From: Candidatus Poribacteria bacterium
Lineage (GTDB): Bacteria > Poribacteria > WGA-4E > WGA-3G
Length of the DNA: 64,000 nt
Direction: 5' to 3'
Assembly: GCA_965215265.1 (NCBI GenBank)
Contig: OZ244048.1
Location: 448,001-512,000, forward strand
Numbering within the stretch: the stretch's first letter is position 1; the number at the start of each line of letters is the position of its first letter. Under the pieces are notes generated by a model that saw nothing but the letters and a program-made list of their open reading frames with translations, was not told where the DNA came from and did no database searches. Positions 39,518 to 50,617 of this stretch are shown piece after piece. Both the position numbers and the translations under genes were made by a program.

Positions 39518-42514
39518 TTAATCCGTTTTCTTATTAGCATCCCGGTAATTTTCAAGGGCTTTTATAACTTCATCCGCATCCACTGTTTTAAAAACTTCAT
39601 CCAGAATCTCAGCTAGCGTTGGTCCTGCTTCTTTCCTTTCATCTATTGTACTAGACTCTGGAGCGACCTTCTGTCCCACAAATACATTCTCCACCGCACT
39701 TGTAAAAGACTTATCCCAAGCCACTTCATGATCCGCAGTCCTCACAGCAACTGCCACGAGTTTAGGACGTTTTTGCCCCGAATCCAGCGAACGTTCCGAC
39801 TCCGATAAGGAACCCGTTTGTGAACTAATATTCAGCTTCCCCCCATTTTTCGGAACAAGGTAGATAGGCTCAACGTAAAAAATACCACCGTCAATCGGAA
39901 TAACGTGTAGATTGCCCCGGATTATGTTCTCTGCACCCCAGTCTCGAATTTTGCCGTGATCCGACAGAACCTTTTCAATATCCGCCTCCACCTGCGTCGG
40001 ACCTTCAATGTTCTGCTCCGTTGGCAGGATATAGGCAATTCGCTCACCGTAGTGTGGCGCATCGCACCTAGCTACCAACCAGGCTTTCAAAAAGGTATCC
40101 CGGCGTGGCGGTGTAAAAGGGATTATGTTAACAAATTCCAACTCTGTTTCCCCCGGTAATTTCAACATCGCGTAATACGGCATCATCTCCTGATCCGGCT
40201 CTGCCGAATAATAAGTTTCCTTCGGGATTTTCCAACGCCGAGTCTTATTGTAAAAATTCTGAGTATCCTCAGCTGCGATATGATAGTCACCATACATTTT
40301 CGCTTGAATGCGTGTCAGATAATCCGGAAATCGTAGATGTGCCCGCAACCCTGCCGGCATCTCATCTAACGGTTTAAACAGATTTGTAAAACCACGCTGA
40401 TAACTGTCTGTAAGCGGCTCATCCGGATGAATTAAGTAAAAAGAAACCGAACCCGTATAAGCGTTGATAACCCCCACACCAGCATTCCGGATGTAATTGA
40501 ATTTCTTAAAAGTCGGTTCAGCGTACACATCAAGATTCGGGGTTAGAGACGTATCGTCAACATAGAATTGTGCATTCGGATAATACGTGCTTGTCACATA
40601 GAAATCAACAATCCACCATAATTGGCCATCGTCAATTACAATATACGGATCCGGATCGTAGTCAAGGAAAGGAGCAATATGCGACAGCCGGTCGCTTACT
40701 AGCTGCTTGCCGCGACGCGTACCGATTTTCCGCCAAAACATAATACGACTCTCCTCTGTAATCTCCGCAGGAAGAAGAATCTGAAAAAAGTCAAACCGCA
40801 CCGCAAAACAGAGACGGCGAAACCAACCACCAAGGCGAACCCCACCGCTGCCACTATAGTAATAGGCACCCGGAGTTGGGCGGGTGGAAGCAGCACCGGA
40901 CACCTTTTCTACTGAATCCGTATCCGAAGCTGTCATAATGTTATATTCCCCATTCTTCGTATTAACAATCACATAATCATGAGTCAATTCACCATAGTAA
41001 ATGCGCGGTTGCGTGATGTTTAATGTCGGCTTATACTTATCCTCTATCACTATCGGCACATCCTTAACCCATAAATTTGGTAAACCGTTGTCTATAAATT
41101 CGTTGACCGGCGCTAAACACACACCATAACCATGCGTAAATTGCAGCTTAAGTTTTGACCACTCCTTATCGTCAGAGTCCGGAACAATTTCTCGGGCAGC
41201 GACAAAAACCTGTCTATACTCTTCAGATTCGCCTACCCGATACCGGTCCACATCCGTATACGCGTTAAAGTCATGCTTTACCTTAATTTGAGCCGTACGC
41301 AACACATGGTAAAACACCCGACGATCCCAGAGCTGAATATTGTCCCTTACCCCTATATTTCCATTCACCATCTCCAAAGTCGCAAACCCTTTTTCATAGG
41401 TTTTCTCTTCTATTTCCTCTAAATCAAAAGCCTCACGCGTTGATTGAATGTGACGCGGAATATAAGGTGCCTCCTTCGGCGGAGGATTAAACCGAACCTC
41501 CGTAAAAAACACGCCCAACGGATAAATGTGAATCACCGCAACATAGCTCACCAACCATACACAGAGCGCTGAATACCACAGAAGCCGCTTGCGCCAAAAC
41601 AGATTCACTAAGATTGCTACACCTATTCCAATAAGAATACCACAATAGAGCAGCGTCGCACCTTCAAACTTTGCATCTACATAAAAGTAGCCATGAAGAC
41701 TACTTAATCCCTCCGAAAGAGGCCTCGTGTAGACTTTGTTCCATAAATTTACATAACCCCGCCAAACACCTACAGCAAGCAACATTAACCATAAAATAGA
41801 ACCATGCACAACGATATATCTTTTTACGCGCATCATCGTACGCGCATCACGACGATAGTAAAAGTTATAGAGCAAACCCACAACAACGCACGTCACCCAG
41901 AGTAAAATTTCTACCCATTGGCTTACCCACCGATGCAACGGAAATGCAAAGAGATAGAAATCAACCGACTTTCCAAAGTAACTATTTGACTCAAGACCTG
42001 ATTCCGCAACCGGCTTATTCACATACCGGAAAGCCGCCTCGTCTAAATTCAACACCGGCGCAGCAAGAATTATAGCGGCAAAAAAGATTAAGATGAACAC
42101 TGTCCAATGAAAAGAGACTGTACGAGAATGTGTCCACCGCCCAAATTCACGCGACTCCGGACACAACCGATTTGCAAATGCCGCATTCAGGTTCATAAAA
42201 CCGAGTGCCACAATAAAAAATACACCAAACAGCCCCCAACGCCAGAATACACGTTCCCAAAGAACAGCCGCATACCCTACGCTTTCAAACCAGAGGTGCT
42301 CCGTGTACAGGTAAGCCACCGGCACAATACTGCTGCATGCTATCAATCCACTCACGCACCATAGGAGATACCCTTGCACCTTGAACCAGCGATGCCGAGA
42401 CTTAACGTTACCATAACCAAGTCCTCTCCGATAACGCCTAATCCCCCATACCAACGTCACTACGACGAGGACAAGACATACACCCAGTTGAGAAATCGCA
42501 AAATTAACTGACAT
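39518..42514 (-). CDS. UPF0182 family membrane protein
   Basis: LWFESVGY, FTHGYG, QPRIYYGE, APFL.YD.DPY, NYIRN, IRGNL.VIPI...FYVEPIYL; start 42514 or 42580. Confidence 0.9.
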   Translation of the reverse strand: MSVNFAISQLGVCLVLVVVTLVWGIRRYRRGLGYGNVKSRHRWFKVQGYLLWCVSGLIACSSIVPVAYLYTEHLWFESVGYAAVLWERVFWRWGLFGVFFIVALGFMNLNAAFANRLCPESREFGRWTHSRTVSFHWTVFILIFFAAIILAAPVLNLDEAAFRYVNKPVAESGLESNSYFGKSVDFYLFAFPLHRWVSQWVEILLWVTCVVVGLLYNFYYRRDARTMMRVKRYIVVHGSILWLMLLAVGVWRGYVNLWNKVYTRPLSEGLSSLHGYFYVDAKFEGATLLYCGILIGIGVAILVNLFWRKRLLWYSALCVWLVSYVAVIHIYPLGVFFTEVRFNPPPKEAPYIPRHIQSTREAFDLEEIEEKTYEKGFATLEMVNGNIGVRDNIQLWDRRVFYHVLRTAQIKVKHDFNAYTDVDRYRVGESEEYRQVFVAAREIVPDSDDKEWSKLKLQFTHGYGVCLAPVNEFIDNGLPNLWVKDVPIVIEDKYKPTLNITQPRIYYGELTHDYVIVNTKNGEYNIMTASDTDSVEKVSGAASTRPTPGAYYYSGSGGVRLGGWFRRLCFAVRFDFFQILLPAEITEESRIMFWRKIGTRRGKQLVSDRLSHIAPFLDYDPDPYIVIDDGQLWWIVDFYVTSTYYPNAQFYVDDTSLTPNLDVYAEPTFKKFNYIRNAGVGVINAYTGSVSFYLIHPDEPLTDSYQRGFTNLFKPLDEMPAGLRAHLRFPDYLTRIQAKMYGDYHIAAEDTQNFYNKTRRWKIPKETYYSAEPDQEMMPYYAMLKLPGETELEFVNIIPFTPPRRDTFLKAWLVARCDAPHYGERIAYILPTEQNIEGPTQVEADIEKVLSDHGKIRDWGAENIIRGNLHVIPIDGGIFYVEPIYLVPKNGGKLNISSQTGSLSESERSLDSGQKRPKLVAVAVRTADHEVAWDKSFTSAVENVFVGQKVAPESSTIDERKEAGPTLAEILDEVFKTVDADEVIKALENYRDANKKTD

Positions 42515-42645
42515 AATTTTTCCTATCTGCTGCAATCGATTGCTTAGTGCTCTTAACCTAGCATTATCATCCGGCACCAATTAGAATAACACCGTTTTAT
42601 CAAAAATTCAAGAAAAACCCCAATAAGACGCAATGTAGAAAAATG

Positions 42646-42674
42646 TTGAACTGCAAACGCGAATTTGGTATAAT
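42646..42674 (+). promoter_or_regulatory. Sigma70-like promoter
   Basis: TTGAAC-17bp-TATAAT with TG. Confidence 0.6.
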
Positions 42675-42768
42675 ATCATAATCAAGTAATCAATCTCTTT
42701 TTTAGGCAATCAAACTCCTGAACGTAACGTCTTAATGTAGTATCCCTGATCGCAGACAAAAAACCAAA

Positions 42769-43368
42769 ATGCTGAACCTTGACACCCAATCCATTCATGT
42801 TGTTGCCCTCTGTGGAAGCCTACGAAAAGGCAGCTCAACCCATGCCGCCCTCCGAATCGCACTCTCCGGAGCACAAGAATCTGGAGCACAGATAGAACTG
42901 CTTGACCTCGGGGCTTATCAACTCGTCTTCCAAGGTTCCGTCGCAAACACGGAAGATTACCCCCCAGGGGTCTTCAGATTGCGCGAAAAAATCAAACGCG
43001 CACACGGAATACTCCTCGGCTCGCCTGAGTACCACGGCAGCTTCAGCGGTGTCTTAAAAAGTGCACTTGACTTGATGGGCTTTGACGAATTTGAGAATAA
43101 GATCGTCGGACTCGTCGGAGTATCCGGCGGACGAATGGGGGCCGCCAATGCATTATCCATGTTGCGCACCGTCGGAACCGCACTGCATGCTTGGGTTGTG
43201 CCAACCGATGTGTCGATTCCACGCTCCGCCGAAGCTTTTGATGAATACGGCAATCTGCACGACGCTGAATTAGCCATACGTGTTAAATCCGTTGGAGCCG
43301 AAGTCGCACAGTTCGCTGCACTCCGTAAAGCCGCCTTGGCTATAGAGGCCGGCGAACCCCCTTTGTAA
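42769..43368 (+). CDS. NADPH-dependent FMN reductase
   Basis: GSLRKGS, SPEYHGSFSGVLKSALD. Confidence 0.92.
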   Translation: MLNLDTQSIHVVALCGSLRKGSSTHAALRIALSGAQESGAQIELLDLGAYQLVFQGSVANTEDYPPGVFRLREKIKRAHGILLGSPEYHGSFSGVLKSALDLMGFDEFENKIVGLVGVSGGRMGAANALSMLRTVGTALHAWVVPTDVSIPRSAEAFDEYGNLHDAELAIRVKSVGAEVAQFAALRKAALAIEAGEPPL

Positions 43369-43387
43369 ACAGGAATAGGAAAAAGAG

Positions 43388-44065
43388 ATGGACCTGACAC
43401 ACAATTGGAACGCATGGATCGGCACTGATGAATCAGGAAAAGGCGATTACTTCGGACCCCTCGTCGTCGCTGGCGTTTACGTCAATCCCGAACTCTGTGA
43501 AACTTACCGGACCCTGGGCATTACAGACGCGAAAACACTCTCAAACCAGCGCATCCGAAAACTCGCTAAATTCATGCAGCACCACTATCAACCTTATATT
43601 GCCACCGTCGAAAAAATGCCACCCGAATACAATAACCTTTACAGTCAGATGCGCCGACGCGGACAAAATCTAAACCATCTACTCGCGTCACTACACGCAG
43701 AAGTCATTCAAACCTTAGCACTACGACTCAACGCACATCATGTAATTGTTGATAAATTCGCCAAAAATGAACTCATCAACCAGCAACTCAAACTACCTAT
43801 ACAGGTAGTAGAAATGCACAAAGCTGAACAGCATAATATCGCTGTCGCCGCAGCCTCTGTTATCGCTCGAGACTCCTTCCTCACAGGAATCGAAACCTTG
43901 TCACAACAATACAAATTTAGGTTACCCAGAGGCGCTTATAAAGTTACACAAGCTGGCAGAGAATTTATCGACGTACACGGAACTGACGCGCTCGCAGATG
44001 TGGCAAAACTCCATTTTGGCTTAACAGACGCTGTCATCGCTTCAGAAAAACAGGGGCTCTTTTAA
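43388..44065 (+). CDS. rnhC: Ribonuclease HIII-type catalytic domain
   Basis: IGTDESGKGDYFGPLVV, TDAK, NLN.LLA.LH, AVAAASVIAR, VAKLHF. Confidence 0.82.
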   Translation: MDLTHNWNAWIGTDESGKGDYFGPLVVAGVYVNPELCETYRTLGITDAKTLSNQRIRKLAKFMQHHYQPYIATVEKMPPEYNNLYSQMRRRGQNLNHLLASLHAEVIQTLALRLNAHHVIVDKFAKNELINQQLKLPIQVVEMHKAEQHNIAVAAASVIARDSFLTGIETLSQQYKFRLPRGAYKVTQAGREFIDVHGTDALADVAKLHFGLTDAVIASEKQGLF

Positions 44066-44088
44066 AAATTTTATCCTTTTTTTACATT

Positions 44089-45252
44089 ATGGAAGAACTT
44101 TTTATCGTTCATTACGCCGAAGTCGGACTCAAAGGGAAAAATAGAGTCTTCTTTGAAAAACGACTCGCGCAGAACATCAGAAAATCTCTACAAGGCACAC
44201 GGTATGCAGAAATTCAGCGCCTTCACGACAGAATTCTCGTTCAATTACAGCCTCACGCTGATATCGCTCTTATTGAAAAACGGCTCTCTTACGTCATGGG
44301 GGTTGCTCATTTTGAACTCGCATCCCAGACTCATAAAGACATGAACGCCATTAAAGAAATCGCACTCAGACACTGCTCCGGGAAATCGTTTCGAACCCTT
44401 AAAGTGGAGACAAATCGCTCAGATAAAACTTTTCCATTAACCTCGCCTGAAGTTTGTGCACAGGTAGGTGCCTATCTCATAGAAAAAACAGGGGCCACCG
44501 CAGATATGCGCAACCCAGAACTGCGCTGCCGCATACAAATTACACACAACGCTGTCTATATTTATACAGATAAAATACCAGGCATTGGCGGACTCCCCCT
44601 CGGCATCAGCGGAAAAGTACTCGTCATGCTCTCAGGCGGTATTGATTCGCCCGTCGCCGCTTGGCGCATGATGAAACGCGGCGCAAAAGCCGTTTTCATT
44701 CATTTTTATAGCTACCCCTACACAGATAAAGACTCTTTGGAAAAGGTTATTGAGATAATTCAGACCTTGGCAAAATCAAACTATCAAAGTCATGTCTATC
44801 TCGTCCCGTTTGCCGAGCTACAACAAGCAATCGTCACCAGTACACCTGCACCCTTCCGCGTCCTACTCTATCGACGCTTGATGACACGCATCGCACAACG
44901 CGTCGCCACCTTAGCCAACGCCGAAGCAATTGTCACTGGCGAAAGCCTCGCGCAAGTCGCCTCACAGACCTTAACCAACCTACGGGCTATTGAAGCCATC
45001 GCAGACATTCCGATCCTACGGCCACTTATCGGCGATGATAAGATAGAGATTATTCAACTAGCACAACGCATAGGAACTTTTGAGATATCAATACGCCCGC
45101 ACCAAGATTGCTGCTCACTCTTTGTACCAAAGCACCCTGCAACACACGCATCACCTGCCGATTTAGCACAGGCAGAGGAAGCCTTAGATATAGAAACTCT
45201 CGTTGAAGATGCTATGATTCGAATTGAAAAACGGATTATCGATTTTTCATAG
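44089..45252 (+). CDS. thiI: tRNA 4-thiouridine synthase ThiI
   Basis: Y.EVGLKGKNR, THUMP domain, LSGGIDSPVA, TGESLAQVASQT, RPLIG.DK, DCC. Confidence 0.95.
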   Translation: MEELFIVHYAEVGLKGKNRVFFEKRLAQNIRKSLQGTRYAEIQRLHDRILVQLQPHADIALIEKRLSYVMGVAHFELASQTHKDMNAIKEIALRHCSGKSFRTLKVETNRSDKTFPLTSPEVCAQVGAYLIEKTGATADMRNPELRCRIQITHNAVYIYTDKIPGIGGLPLGISGKVLVMLSGGIDSPVAAWRMMKRGAKAVFIHFYSYPYTDKDSLEKVIEIIQTLAKSNYQSHVYLVPFAELQQAIVTSTPAPFRVLLYRRLMTRIAQRVATLANAEAIVTGESLAQVASQTLTNLRAIEAIADIPILRPLIGDDKIEIIQLAQRIGTFEISIRPHQDCCSLFVPKHPATHASPADLAQAEEALDIETLVEDAMIRIEKRIIDFS

Positions 45253-45290
45253 CACCCGGCACCGCTTGACACTTCTCGTCAGAAAAACGT

Positions 45291-46364
45291 ATGGAAAACA
45301 TACTACTTATCCGACTCAGTTCCCTCGGTGATATTGTCTTGACGACACCGGCTATTCGCGCCGTACGCACACATTTCCCACACGCATACATCGCTATGCT
45401 CATCGCAAAGCAATCTGCAGACATCCTCCGACACAACCCACACCTCGACGAACTCATTCTTTTTGACAGATTGGCAAACGATAAGGATACCGGTGAAATG
45501 TGGCGCGTTGGGAGAACATTGCGAAAACGCAAATTCTCACTCACCATCGACTTCCAACGCAAATTCCGAACCGAACTGTTAGCATACCTCAGCGGCGCAC
45601 ACACTCGCATTGGAAAAGGAAAACTCTGCACCGTCCGAGTACCGTTACAAACCGAAAAACCCGAAAAAAAAAACTATCAGCCATACCTCGAAAGACACGC
45701 CACCGAACACTACCTCGCATCACTACAAGCAGGCGGAATCACTACCGATTTGTCACTCACAGCACGGCAACTTGAACTTTTCCTCACTGAACCAGAGCGC
45801 GCCGACGCAGCACAACTATTAAAAGAAAAAGGAATTGACGACACACAACTAAAAGTAGGACTTTTCCCCGGCGCAGGATGGAAGCTGCGGGAATGGATGC
45901 CAGAACGGTTCGCCGCCATTGGAGATAGACTTGTACAACGTCTCAATGCACACGTCCTCATTTTCGGGGGACAGCAAGAGCACGAACTTGTACGCACAGT
46001 CGCCAATCTCATGAATTTTCCTGCCACTACGTTCCCCGGCACGCTTCAAATTCGGCAGTTGGCGGCGTGTATCAATGCCTGCCACCTTTTTCTCACAAAC
46101 GATACAGGACCTATGCATATCGCCACCGCAGTCCAAACACCTACTATTGCACTGTTCGGACCCGGAAATCATATCCGATTTCAGCCACTCGGAATACAGC
46201 ACCAAATCATTAGGCACAACGTACCGTGCAGTCCGTGTAAACAGTTCACCGATACATGCAAAAATAATATCTGCATGAAACAAATTCAAGTTGACCAGGT
46301 TTGGGACGCTATCCTTCAGAAGTTGCCACATCAACCGCAGACCGCCTCAAAAATCCGTAGATGA
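45291..46364 (+). CDS. Glycosyltransferase family 9 (LPS heptosyltransferase-like)
   Basis: IRLSSLGDIVL, NDTGPMHIA.A, LFGP. Confidence 0.9.
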   Translation: MENILLIRLSSLGDIVLTTPAIRAVRTHFPHAYIAMLIAKQSADILRHNPHLDELILFDRLANDKDTGEMWRVGRTLRKRKFSLTIDFQRKFRTELLAYLSGAHTRIGKGKLCTVRVPLQTEKPEKKNYQPYLERHATEHYLASLQAGGITTDLSLTARQLELFLTEPERADAAQLLKEKGIDDTQLKVGLFPGAGWKLREWMPERFAAIGDRLVQRLNAHVLIFGGQQEHELVRTVANLMNFPATTFPGTLQIRQLAACINACHLFLTNDTGPMHIATAVQTPTIALFGPGNHIRFQPLGIQHQIIRHNVPCSPCKQFTDTCKNNICMKQIQVDQVWDAILQKLPHQPQTASKIRR

Positions 46365-47383
46365 TTCCCACCCAGCACCTTCCAGATGTCCGCATCAGAA
46401 TACCCACGGGCACTTAATTCTTCCGCAATCCTCGGAAATTCTGTGGCATCCTTGAGAAGTTCACCACCACCATCAAAATCCGAACCGATTCCTACATGGT
46501 CCACACCCGCTATGTCAATCGCATAGGCAAAATGATTGATGAGCTGCGCAAACGGTGGACGTTTCGTCCAACCGTCTACTGTAATGAATCCCGGCACAAA
46601 TGTGATCCCTACCACACCCCCATTTGCCGCCAACCCCCGTAACTGTTCATTGCTTAAATTGCGCGGATGACGACACAACGTCTGGCAGTTGCTATGCGAA
46701 GCGATAACCGGACGTTCCGAAATGTCCAGCACATCCCAAAAACCACGTTCACTAATATGCGAAACATCTACAAGCATACCCAGCCGATTCATCTCTTTCA
46801 CTAACCCCACCCCGAACCTGGTCAAGCCACCACCCGTATCACCCTCGTCAGCACCAGTCGAAGCCCAAGTATTCGGGTTATGCGTTAACCCAATAGAGCG
46901 AACACCCAATAGATAAAGCGAATGGAGGATATTCAGACTCCGCTCTACAGCTTCGCTGTTTTCAATCGCCAGCACCGCAGACAATTTGCCTTGTGCCTTT
47001 GCCACCCGAATGTCTGCCGCACAACGCGCTATACAAATCTCTGAAGAATGCGATTCAATCTCTCTATCAAACCAACCAAAAGCATCTAAGGCATAGGCGA
47101 GGTGATTCTTCCACGCACGCGTTACGTCAACCGCGAAGAACGCAGCATCAATGCCCCCTTCACGCATTTTAGGAATGTTGAGTTGGATACCAATCTCCGC
47201 CTCCTCTGGCGGGACCGGACCACGCAGATACGCAATCGTCCCGCTATGTCGCGCATCGTTCGCAACATGCTCATCTGCTAGACTTATATTGCCTCGACGA
47301 ATATGCGAAACAATCGCATCGTTATGTGAATCAATCACTAGAGGGTGCTCAGCCAGAGTCCGTTCGCAGCTAGTTGATGGCAT
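46331..47383 (-). CDS. Membrane dipeptidase (peptidase M19)
   Basis: DSHND, LAIEN, LTHN, DVSH, ASHSN, RNL, HVGIGSDFDG. Confidence 0.93.
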   Translation of the reverse strand: MPSTSCERTLAEHPLVIDSHNDAIVSHIRRGNISLADEHVANDARHSGTIAYLRGPVPPEEAEIGIQLNIPKMREGGIDAAFFAVDVTRAWKNHLAYALDAFGWFDREIESHSSEICIARCAADIRVAKAQGKLSAVLAIENSEAVERSLNILHSLYLLGVRSIGLTHNPNTWASTGADEGDTGGGLTRFGVGLVKEMNRLGMLVDVSHISERGFWDVLDISERPVIASHSNCQTLCRHPRNLSNEQLRGLAANGGVVGITFVPGFITVDGWTKRPPFAQLINHFAYAIDIAGVDHVGIGSDFDGGGELLKDATEFPRIAEELSARGYSDADIWKVLGGNHLRIFEAVCG

Positions 47384-47402
47384 AGATGCCTCCTTGTATA
47401 AT

Positions 47403-48410
47403 TCAATTCAAGACTGTTTCTAAGGTTCGGGCTGCAATCTCCGGCGTGATTTGCAACGTTGATGCAACGCTATAAGGCAGATCGTGATGCACTACATACG
47501 CCGGCAAATTGATAAGTGTTTCCATAATCGCATCGACCGGAACTCCCAATGGGCAGTAGTTAATCCCCAAGCATTCTAAAGCATGACGATACTGAAGCCA
47601 TGGCTGTGATTGAAGTACCGCCATCAGTAAGATTCCCAATCCTACCAATTCACCATGTAGCACAGGAACCTTCAAACGGTTTTCAAGTGCGTAAACGAAA
47701 TAGTGCTCGCTACCCTCTTCAACACGACTATGCCCACACAAATAACAGAGTTGAACCTCTAGACAGAGCAGATCCAACAGAAGCGATAAACCCTCAGCAG
47801 TTCCCGCTCCGATTTCTCTAACGTTATCTAAAAGCGTTTGAAGCAGCGCGCCCCCTATTTCAAACGTTTGCGGCGTGATACGTTCCGTTGGCGCATTCAG
47901 GTTTAGTTTTTCTGATTCTTCCCAATCCCACATCGCTGTCGCAATCGACAGCACATCTGCAGCACCACTCGCACGCATATTGGCTGGCGCATTGCACAAC
48001 ACTTCTATATCTACTATCACAGTGTCCGGCGCTTTCGTCGGGAGGTAGTGCACACAGCCATCATATTTTTCAAAACCGCGTACCCCCGTCGTATCTGTCA
48101 GGAAAGCATCCGTTGAAAGGAGCGTCGGCAGCACTACTAACGGCAGCCCTTTTGCTGCAGCAACGTACTTTGCCGTATCTATTACCAGACCGCCCCCTAT
48201 TCCGTAAACCACCTCTCCCTCACACGCTGCAGCCAGAGCATCCATATCCGACTTTGAGTTCCCTTCGACAGCAACACGCCGGCGAACGTTTAAGGCCTTC
48301 AGCTTGGCATACTCCCACGCCACTTGTGTTGTCAATACAACAGCCTCACGACTTTCTTCTATTGTCGAAAATGGACGTTTCTCAATACTCGGTAATCGTG
48401 AAATTTTCAT
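47403..48410 (-). CDS. Glycerol-1-phosphate dehydrogenase-like (DHQS/Fe-ADH family)
   Basis: GIGGG..IDTAKY, PT.LSTD, ASG.ADVLS, GSEH, HGE.VGLG. Confidence 0.75.
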   Translation of the reverse strand: MKISRLPSIEKRPFSTIEESREAVVLTTQVAWEYAKLKALNVRRRVAVEGNSKSDMDALAAACEGEVVYGIGGGLVIDTAKYVAAAKGLPLVVLPTLLSTDAFLTDTTGVRGFEKYDGCVHYLPTKAPDTVIVDIEVLCNAPANMRASGAADVLSIATAMWDWEESEKLNLNAPTERITPQTFEIGGALLQTLLDNVREIGAGTAEGLSLLLDLLCLEVQLCYLCGHSRVEEGSEHYFVYALENRLKVPVLHGELVGLGILLMAVLQSQPWLQYRHALECLGINYCPLGVPVDAIMETLINLPAYVVHHDLPYSVASTLQITPEIAARTLETVLN

Positions 48411-48466
48411 GTTTTCTCTATCTACACCTCACAAAACCCGATTAAAACTACTACAAAAATAACTAT

Positions 48467-49606
48467 TCAACCTAATACGGTTAAGTCTATATAAAAAATC
48501 TGCCGGGAACCTTCATGAACCGAATCGAACGTAACAATCTTGCCATCAGCAGACCAGCGAGGATGTAAATCGCACCGGATATCCCCTACAAACGCTTCGC
48601 TATGATGAAATTCGCCTAATACTGTCTTCCGATTTTCTTCGATGTTGTAAACCATTAACTGTGCTAACCGCGCTGGGCCCTGAGGATACGTATCACAAAG
48701 CAACCACTCCCCATCCGGTGAAAACGAAGCGTGTCCATCGCTCGGAAGAACGCCTCGCCCGAACGGCGTGAAATCACCAACACCATCGCTAAATTCTATG
48801 AATCCCATCTCACCACAGATATCCGAAGAGACTAAAATCCGTGCAGATGTCCGCCAATCAAAGTGGGACACACGGTACCCGAACGGAATCTGCAACGCTA
48901 AATCCGAACCGTCCGAGTTAACAGTCCATAATGAGGAATACATACCGCCACCCTCACGAGTACGGAGGCATCGACAGAAAAACAGAAGGCGCGTACCATC
49001 TGGATTAAAAAGTACATGATTAAACCAAGTACACCGCCCAACCAAACGGGCATCACCACTTGCACGGATAACATCCGCTATAGAGAGCACAAGACGCGCG
49101 CTTCCATCTCGAAGATCCAGCAAGTATAAACCGTCATCTTCTGGCTGCGCTACAATATCAGAGTGCGACATCTCGCTCGCATATCCGACTACCGCACGAC
49201 AGTGGGCCATGCGGGCGTAATTCAACCCAATAGCCACCGGCGCAACAGGCGAAACAGCCGCTATTGCACCCTGAATCGTCCTAACCGACCCCAGCAACGG
49301 ATTCACTGCACGCGATACCAATCTGTCACCATCCCAGTCGTTAAACGTGAATGCAGCACCTATCCAATGCATCATACTGCCTTGTTGCAGGTTGAAGGCA
49401 GACGTGGAACCATAAGCCGTAAATTCACCCGTCTCACGATGAATCAGCCCAACCACCGCCACATCTTCAGCCAATGGGCGACGCTTATGGAAATCCGTTT
49501 CCAGAGCAAGGTGATACCTCCCTGTACTATCCCATGGATTGATACCGTAATAACCGAAAAAGTGATGTCTAGGTCCTGCCGATAATTTTTTTACACGCAT
49601 AAGCAA
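48467..49606 (-). CDS. Beta-propeller protein, oligogalacturonate-lyase/TolB-like
   Basis: HHFFGYY, FN.QQG, NH..FNPDG, GH.SFSPDG, RCDLHPRWS.DG. Confidence 0.7.
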   Translation of the reverse strand: MLMRVKKLSAGPRHHFFGYYGINPWDSTGRYHLALETDFHKRRPLAEDVAVVGLIHRETGEFTAYGSTSAFNLQQGSMMHWIGAAFTFNDWDGDRLVSRAVNPLLGSVRTIQGAIAAVSPVAPVAIGLNYARMAHCRAVVGYASEMSHSDIVAQPEDDGLYLLDLRDGSARLVLSIADVIRASGDARLVGRCTWFNHVLFNPDGTRLLFFCRCLRTREGGGMYSSLWTVNSDGSDLALQIPFGYRVSHFDWRTSARILVSSDICGEMGFIEFSDGVGDFTPFGRGVLPSDGHASFSPDGEWLLCDTYPQGPARLAQLMVYNIEENRKTVLGEFHHSEAFVGDIRCDLHPRWSADGKIVTFDSVHEGSRQIFYIDLTVLG

Positions 49607-49803
49607 AAATTCGAAACGCAGACACGGCTTTCATCGTTTTTTATTTTAATATTTTCAATTTCAATCATTTTAAGAAGAACAGCCTCAAGGTGGTTCCTCG
49701 CACGGAGAACGAAGTTACTCCAGATTGACCAGATTGACCGGAACTTTAACAAAAAGAGAAGTAGGCAGAAAACGCCAAGCAGGACATCAGGTAGAATCCC
49801 CAC

Positions 49804-50532
49804 ATGAAATTTGTAGCTAAAACCGACATCGGTAAATTTCGCCATAGAAACGAAGATCTGTGCTATTTTGATGAGAAACTCCAAATTTTTGCCATCGCTG
49901 ATGGAGTCGGTGGACAGGCACACGGAGATCTGGCCAGTCAAATTGCAATCCAAGTCATTCAGGAGTGGACCGAAAACACCGACTACTCAACTCGCAACTT
50001 AGGATATATAAAAAAACTTGAGATTCTAAGTGAACTCGCAACTGAAGCAAACCTGCGTGTTTATCAGGCCTCACAACAGCATGAACAGAGCATGGGCACA
50101 ACGCTGATTGCCGGCTTTGTTACATCTAACTACCTAGCTTACGTTTCCGTAGGGGACAGCCGACTATACATCTTACATGATGATGTCATGACACAGATAA
50201 CAACAGACGATACACTCGTCCAAGAAATGGTTGACAAAGGCGAAATAACACCCCAGCAAAGCAGGGTCCATGAAAAACGCAATATCATTATGCAGGCAAT
50301 CGGGTGGGCGGGAACCGTCAATATCACTGCCGATTTGCACCCCCTCATACCCGGCGATATCATTCTCGCTTGTACAGATGGACTGCACGACTTAATCGTT
50401 GACGATAACGAAATCGTACAAATCATTCAGGACGCATCAACTCTTGAGGATGCATGCGATACCCTTATCGAAACCGCTCTCAATTATGGCGGCACTGATA
50501 ATGTTACTGTCCTACTCACTAACGTTGATTAA
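49804..50532 (+). CDS. PP2C/Stp1 family Ser/Thr phosphatase
   Basis: TDIG..R..NED, IADGVGG, MGTT, VGDSRLY, CTDGL, GG.DNVT. Confidence 0.93.
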   Translation: MKFVAKTDIGKFRHRNEDLCYFDEKLQIFAIADGVGGQAHGDLASQIAIQVIQEWTENTDYSTRNLGYIKKLEILSELATEANLRVYQASQQHEQSMGTTLIAGFVTSNYLAYVSVGDSRLYILHDDVMTQITTDDTLVQEMVDKGEITPQQSRVHEKRNIIMQAIGWAGTVNITADLHPLIPGDIILACTDGLHDLIVDDNEIVQIIQDASTLEDACDTLIETALNYGGTDNVTVLLTNVD

Positions 50533-50617
50533 ACCCAATACACCAACACGATATAAAGTTATTTTCTAATATAATTAAAGCACGGCTCTCTCGCCTGTTT
50601 TTATATTACCTTATCCC

